Shown here piece by piece: positions 61,591-64,000 of a stretch of DNA of 64,000 nt (position 1 is the first letter of the stretch; the number at the start of each line of letters is the position of its first letter). The stretch lies in contig NW_024704743.1 of NCBI RefSeq assembly GCF_018977255.1, positions 11,720,001-11,784,000 on the forward strand. Reading direction: 5' to 3'. A program made the position numbers and the translations under genes. The notes beneath the pieces were generated by a model, which made no database searches, was not told the DNA's origin, and was given only the letters and a program-made list of their open reading frames with translations. This stretch comes from Callorhinchus milii (lineage: Eukaryota).

Positions 61591-62109
61591 GCTCAATTGG
61601 CTGCCGTGTTTCACATACAAAATACACAGCCAATACACTTTTCAGTATATTCTGTGCTTTGAGACATCTCAACAACGTGATAAGGCGCAATATCAAATGA
61701 AAGGATGATTATTATTATTATATTATTAAACACAGCACTGGAGAAGCTGATGAGCATCAATGGAATTGTGCAGGTTTTGTTTCCAGCACACTGTGAGTTA
61801 ATGGTTGTAAAAAAATGTTTGGGAACAAATGGCTAATTTGTGGCAGTGTGGGAGGAATGTGAGGCAGAATTATCCTGTCATGGCATGAGAACGTCTAACA
61901 CTGAGGAATGAGACCATTTGGCCGATTCATCGGATTCCTTCGCTAGCCCACATACAATGGAGTCCAGTCATGGACTACATCCAATTATTTCATCTCCTGA
62001 GGGAAATTGCTTTTCGAACTCCAGAAGTAATCATTAAACCACGCTCCACAAGCCTATCACTCCCATCCTCATTCGGCTCCACTGGCTCCCCATTCCCGCA
62101 GCGGATTTA

Positions 62110-62454
62110 TTTTATCATTTTGTTAAGATGTCTCACAGCATTTCACAGAATATACCCGTAAAGTGAAATTGACTGTATATTTTGTGCGTGAAACAAGTCA
62201 GTCAATTGCGCACAGCAGTGTCCCACAAACAGCCATGAATTTTTGTTTTTTTTGGAAAAAATTTTTGTAAGTGCTTATTAGCCCCAGAAAGCGATCTGCC
62301 AATCGGCAAAAATCAACCGGGTTCCTACTTACTGACAAGTAAACAGAGGCGTGTGGAGTAAGGAACCTTGCCCAAGATTTCGCCCGGCACAGGAATCAAA
62401 CCCGATTCCTCTCGCTTGCAAGCAATTGCTCTAACCAATACACTACAGGACTCC
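62110..62454 (-). mobile_element. tRNA-derived SINE
   Basis: Ends in ctacaggactcca, the reverse complement of the SINE head. Confidence 0.85.
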
Positions 62455-62526
62455 AGAACTGACATCTATGTACATGAAAACCTGACGCATATTGTGAAAA
62501 GGTGTCTCTTTTATTTCAATGCTCAG

Positions 62527-62647
62527 GTTTGCGGTCAACTCAATGGAACTTCAAGTTCACAAACCACGGAAGCTGCAGATGCACTGATGCTTGTGGGTGC
62601 ACGTGTACAGCCAGTCCTAGCACCCAATCCCACCAACGTGTCCGAAG
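62527..62647 (+). CDS. Probable NUB1-like paralog exon in the position of the UBA3 exon, phase 0 to 1; gene continues beyond the window
   Basis: Unique island between SINEs with polypyrimidine tract plus ctcag acceptor and G|GTAAAT donor. Open frame VCGQLNGTSSSQTTEAADALMLVGARVQPVLAPNPTNVSE(G). Phases match NUB1 exon 27725-27893 but sequence similarity is not recognisable. Confidence 0.6.
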
Positions 62648-63029
62648 GTAAATAGAGAATGTCATTAATATACAGCTAACCGTGTTTTGGAGCAATCGTT
62701 AAGCCGAGGCTCCGTCTGCTTGTTCAGGTGGAAGGTAAAGATTCCGTGGCACTATCGGAAAACAAAGAAGCGACCTCTCCCAGGTCCTGGCCAACAGTTC
62801 CACCACCACACCCCCACCCCCCCCTATCCAATAAAGTTAGTCGTTTGCTTCATGGCTATTGGTGGGACGTTGCTCTGCACAAATTGGCTGCTGCATTCGC
62901 CCAGAAACACAGTCAGTTTCCAGTAAATCTTGTGAATAGCTTTGAGAAGTCCTCCTGACATGAGCCAAATATAAGGATTACTATTAGCAAGAAAGACTGT
63001 AACAGTTGCAGCTTCTCCCTCTGGAGTTG

Positions 63030-63370
63030 AGGTGATCAGGAGGTGACGTGATAGAGGAGATTAAAGTTATGAAAGGTGGATGTTTCTGAGCTGTTTCTAC
63101 TTGTTGGTGAGTTCAAAACTAGAGGGTGTAATGATAAGATAGCCAATAACAGATCTCATAGGGAGTTTAGGATAAATTTCTTAACTCACTGCCGAAAGCT
63201 GCGGTCAAAGCAAATAGCATTAATGTATTTAAGAGAAATGCGTACATAAGAGACAGGGGAAAGGGGAGTATAGGTGAGAGGAATAAAAGGGGCGGAATCT
63301 TGTGTGGAGTATAAACACTAGCACGGACTGATTGGACCAAATGGCCTGTTCACACTCTACGTAACTTAAT
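63030..63370 (+). mobile_element. Old CR1 3' fragment
   Basis: ggaggtgacgtgatagagg...gttatgaaagg; ttggaccaaatggcctgtt. Confidence 0.7.
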
Positions 63371-63704
63371 GTAACTGTGTAAATGCACAGTAATGCTGTA
63401 GTGAGCTACAAAAAGTAGTTTTGAGCAATGCGCCTCTATCTGTGCTCAGTGCGATCTTGTTTTGACTTAACAACTAAATGGGGGTTTCAAAGTTCCTCAT
63501 GGTTTTCATCTTAATTAGGAAGACGGTCTTTAAAAGGAACTTAAGAAAGAAAACCAGCTTCTAAATAAAAAACAATTTAAGGCTTTTTCTAAATTTAAAA
63601 TGTATATATATTCTATATTTTATTTTTATTTAGCATTGTATATTTTATATACGTTTTCTGCCCAATTTTATATCTTTATGTAATGGCTGAGCATGTGATG
63701 CATT

Positions 63705-63985
63705 TTGGACTATATACACATGTATGCACATACACTCACGCACACACAGATACACTTGCATTCAGACTTGTCCGTGCACACATACACCCACAGATGTGTC
63801 TGTACATGCATGCACAAGTTGATACACCTGAGTACCTACATGCGCATTCACACGCGGGCATACATATTCAACTATCGGGACACATGCTTGTATGCATGTG
63901 CACAATTACATCTCGGACCTGAACTTACACATGCCCAAGAGTCTGCTCACGCACACACATACACACACATACTCACTCATATATA
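63705..63985. repeat. Degenerate (CA/TA)n purine-pyrimidine low-complexity tract
   Basis: Read directly. Confidence 0.85.
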
Positions 63986-64000
63986 ATAATAATAATAATA

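Noticed and set aside
61730..61800. Possible missing linker exon of the paralog
   Set aside because: Phase-0 reading after acacag hits TGA within five codons, and other acceptors are poor.
38208..62647. Second NUB1 copy as an assembly duplicate or processed pseudogene
   Set aside because: It is far too diverged for a haplotype duplicate, keeps introns at homologous positions, and has no stops or frameshifts.

Overview
Repeat-rich vertebrate genomic DNA, most likely from a cartilaginous fish. This is inferred from the abundant CR1 and L2 LINEs and the SacSINE1/Deu-type and tRNA-derived SINEs. The + strand carries the last nine coding exons and 3' UTR of NUB1 (12688-31717, UTR to about 34.3 kb). 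Directly downstream is a second, highly diverged NUB1-like gene in tandem, which the ORF track largely misses. I reconstructed 11 coding exons (38221-62647, about 416 codons, frame open throughout, continuing past the window end), with intron phases matching NUB1 and several identical exon lengths. The paralog appears to lack the NUB1 N-terminal domain, keeps the UBL domain and helical core, and has eroded UBA domains. It is preceded by a candidate non-coding first exon with clustered NF-kB and IRF/ISRE motifs. The rest of the window is nested, decayed CR1/L2 LINEs, SINEs and a 22-bp minisatellite that appears SINE-derived. Exon boundaries were read by hand; repeat boundaries are approximate.
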